The notes under the pieces were generated by a model that saw nothing but the letters and a program-made list of their open reading frames with translations, made no database searches and was not told the DNA's origin. A program made the position numbers and the translations under genes. From contig OX597830.1 in the NCBI GenBank assembly GCA_951406725.2, forward strand, positions 55,676,001 to 55,740,000: 64,000 nucleotides of DNA. The letters run 5' to 3'. The stretch is from Octopus vulgaris. Lineage: Eukaryota. Position 1 is the stretch's first letter, and the number at the start of each line of letters is the position of its first letter. Shown one piece after another: positions 62,489-64,000 of the stretch.

Positions 62489-62749
62489 CTTCAAATGACA
62501 GTATATATATATATATATATATATATTTATCATGTGATATACCTCTTTTTGTTTTACAGATAATTGTATCATTTAAAAAAAATTTTATTTTATTTTTACC
62601 GTTCAATTTTGTTGTTCGTTGGGACATTTAATACTTCTTGTTTGTAAGGTTTACAGGGAGTTCGAACTGCATGAAATGAAAACAGAAAACAAGTTTCTGG
62701 GGAAAGAAGATCATTTAAATATTTCATCAACTTTAACAGCGTAGGAGTA

Positions 62750-63146
62750 GGAGTGGCTGTGTGGTAAGTAGGTTGCTTACCAACCACATGGTTCCGGGTT
62801 CAGTCCCACTGCGTGGCACCTTGGGCCAGTGTCTTCTACTATAGCCTCGGGCCAACCAAAGCCTTGTGAGTGAATTTGGTAGACGGAAACTGAAAGAAGC
62901 CCGTCGTATATATGTATATATATGTGTGTATATGTTTATGTATCTGTGTCTGTCCCCGCCCCCCAACATCGCTTGACAACTGATGCTGGTGTGTTTACGT
63001 CCCCATAACTTAGCGGTGCGGCAAAAGAGACTGATAGAGAAGTACAAGGCTTACAAAGAATAAGTCGTGGGGTCGATTTGCTCGACTAAAGGCGGTGCTC
63101 CAGCATGGCCACAGTCAAATGACTGAAAGAAGTAAAACTAAAAGAG
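62750..63146 (+). mobile_element. SINE family A, full length
   Basis: Head GGAGTGGCTGTGTGGTAAG through tail GACTGAAAGAAGTAAAA. Confidence 0.88.
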
Positions 63147-63487
63147 CAGTTAAATAACGGTTCTTGCACAAGATTTAATAGAGTACGAAATGCAATGATA
63201 TGAAATGCAAAAGACCGAGCTACTAAGGAAGCTATAATGTAACCATTTGACTTACTTGAAATGTTCTCAAATGAATAACAGATTTCTTTTCTTTTCTTTT
63301 TCTTTTTTTCTTTTTTTGGGGGGGGTGAGAGAGTGGTATTTTCTATTTGTTTCTATCTAGAAATCAAAGGAAATGACTACTATTCCCTTCACACGTTACT
63401 TTTGTTTTGAAACTACACTATATTCCATTACATTTCAGACAGGAGAGTTTCAGCGCTGAGTTGCTGGGGCAGAAATATAGTTATAGC

Positions 63488-63554
<67 letters not shown>

Positions 63555-63737
63555 TAATAATAGAACACCTACAAAAATCAATATTACTTGGAACTGCAAG
63601 AATGCTTCGCAATGTTTTGAAGCATGACCAGTAAACAAGTGTCACCTTAGTCTGCTGGCTATGGACAGCTGACACTCCATCTTACCCAGCAAAATAAGCT
63701 GAATTTTCATCAAATAATAATAATGATAATAATAATG

Positions 63738-63788
<51 letters not shown>

Positions 63789-64000
63789 GGTTCTCATGGT
63801 TTCTAATCTTAACTGATTGGAAGTGTTATCATGTACATTGTTTTGTCTTGGTATAAAAGATGGGCTACAGCAAATATTCTGCTCAATACCACAGATTTGC
63901 TTGTCAGTTGTTTGACCTTAACCAGTTGAGCATGTCCCTTAGTGTCTGATGATATGTGCATCTCTGATCACGAGCAGAATAGTGGGGGAGCTTCATAGCC

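Overview
Eukaryotic, AT-rich genomic DNA dense in microsatellites, SINEs, LINEs and Penelope elements. The repeat landscape looks like an octopus-type cephalopod genome (inference). Almost all ORFs in the supplied track are microsatellite artefacts. Reading splice sites by hand gives one + strand gene spanning the window: 24 GT-AG exons (480-62067) whose phases chain with no frameshift, totalling 3096 nt or about 1031 aa. The start of the gene lies upstream of the window. It encodes a single-pass type I membrane protein: Cys-rich module, EGF, then a nested block (EGF half > FN2 half > LamG/pentraxin-like > glycine-rich domain > WSC > FN2 second half > EGF second half), two MEGF-type EGF repeats, a TM helix and a ~55 aa tail. 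The main finding is this nested 'Russian-doll' architecture, with ~650 aa inserted inside one FN2 loop that itself sits inside an EGF loop. The introns carry Penelope-like elements with inverted pLTRs and hammerhead-ribozyme motifs (some with variant cores). They also hold a near-perfect 200-bp inverted repeat bracketing the LamG exons, Helitrons, a Merlin-like MITE, mariner and hAT relics, Dong/R4, RTE, CR1-like and L1/Tx1 LINE fragments, and several SINE families. All domain and family calls come from motif recognition by eye; no database searches were run.
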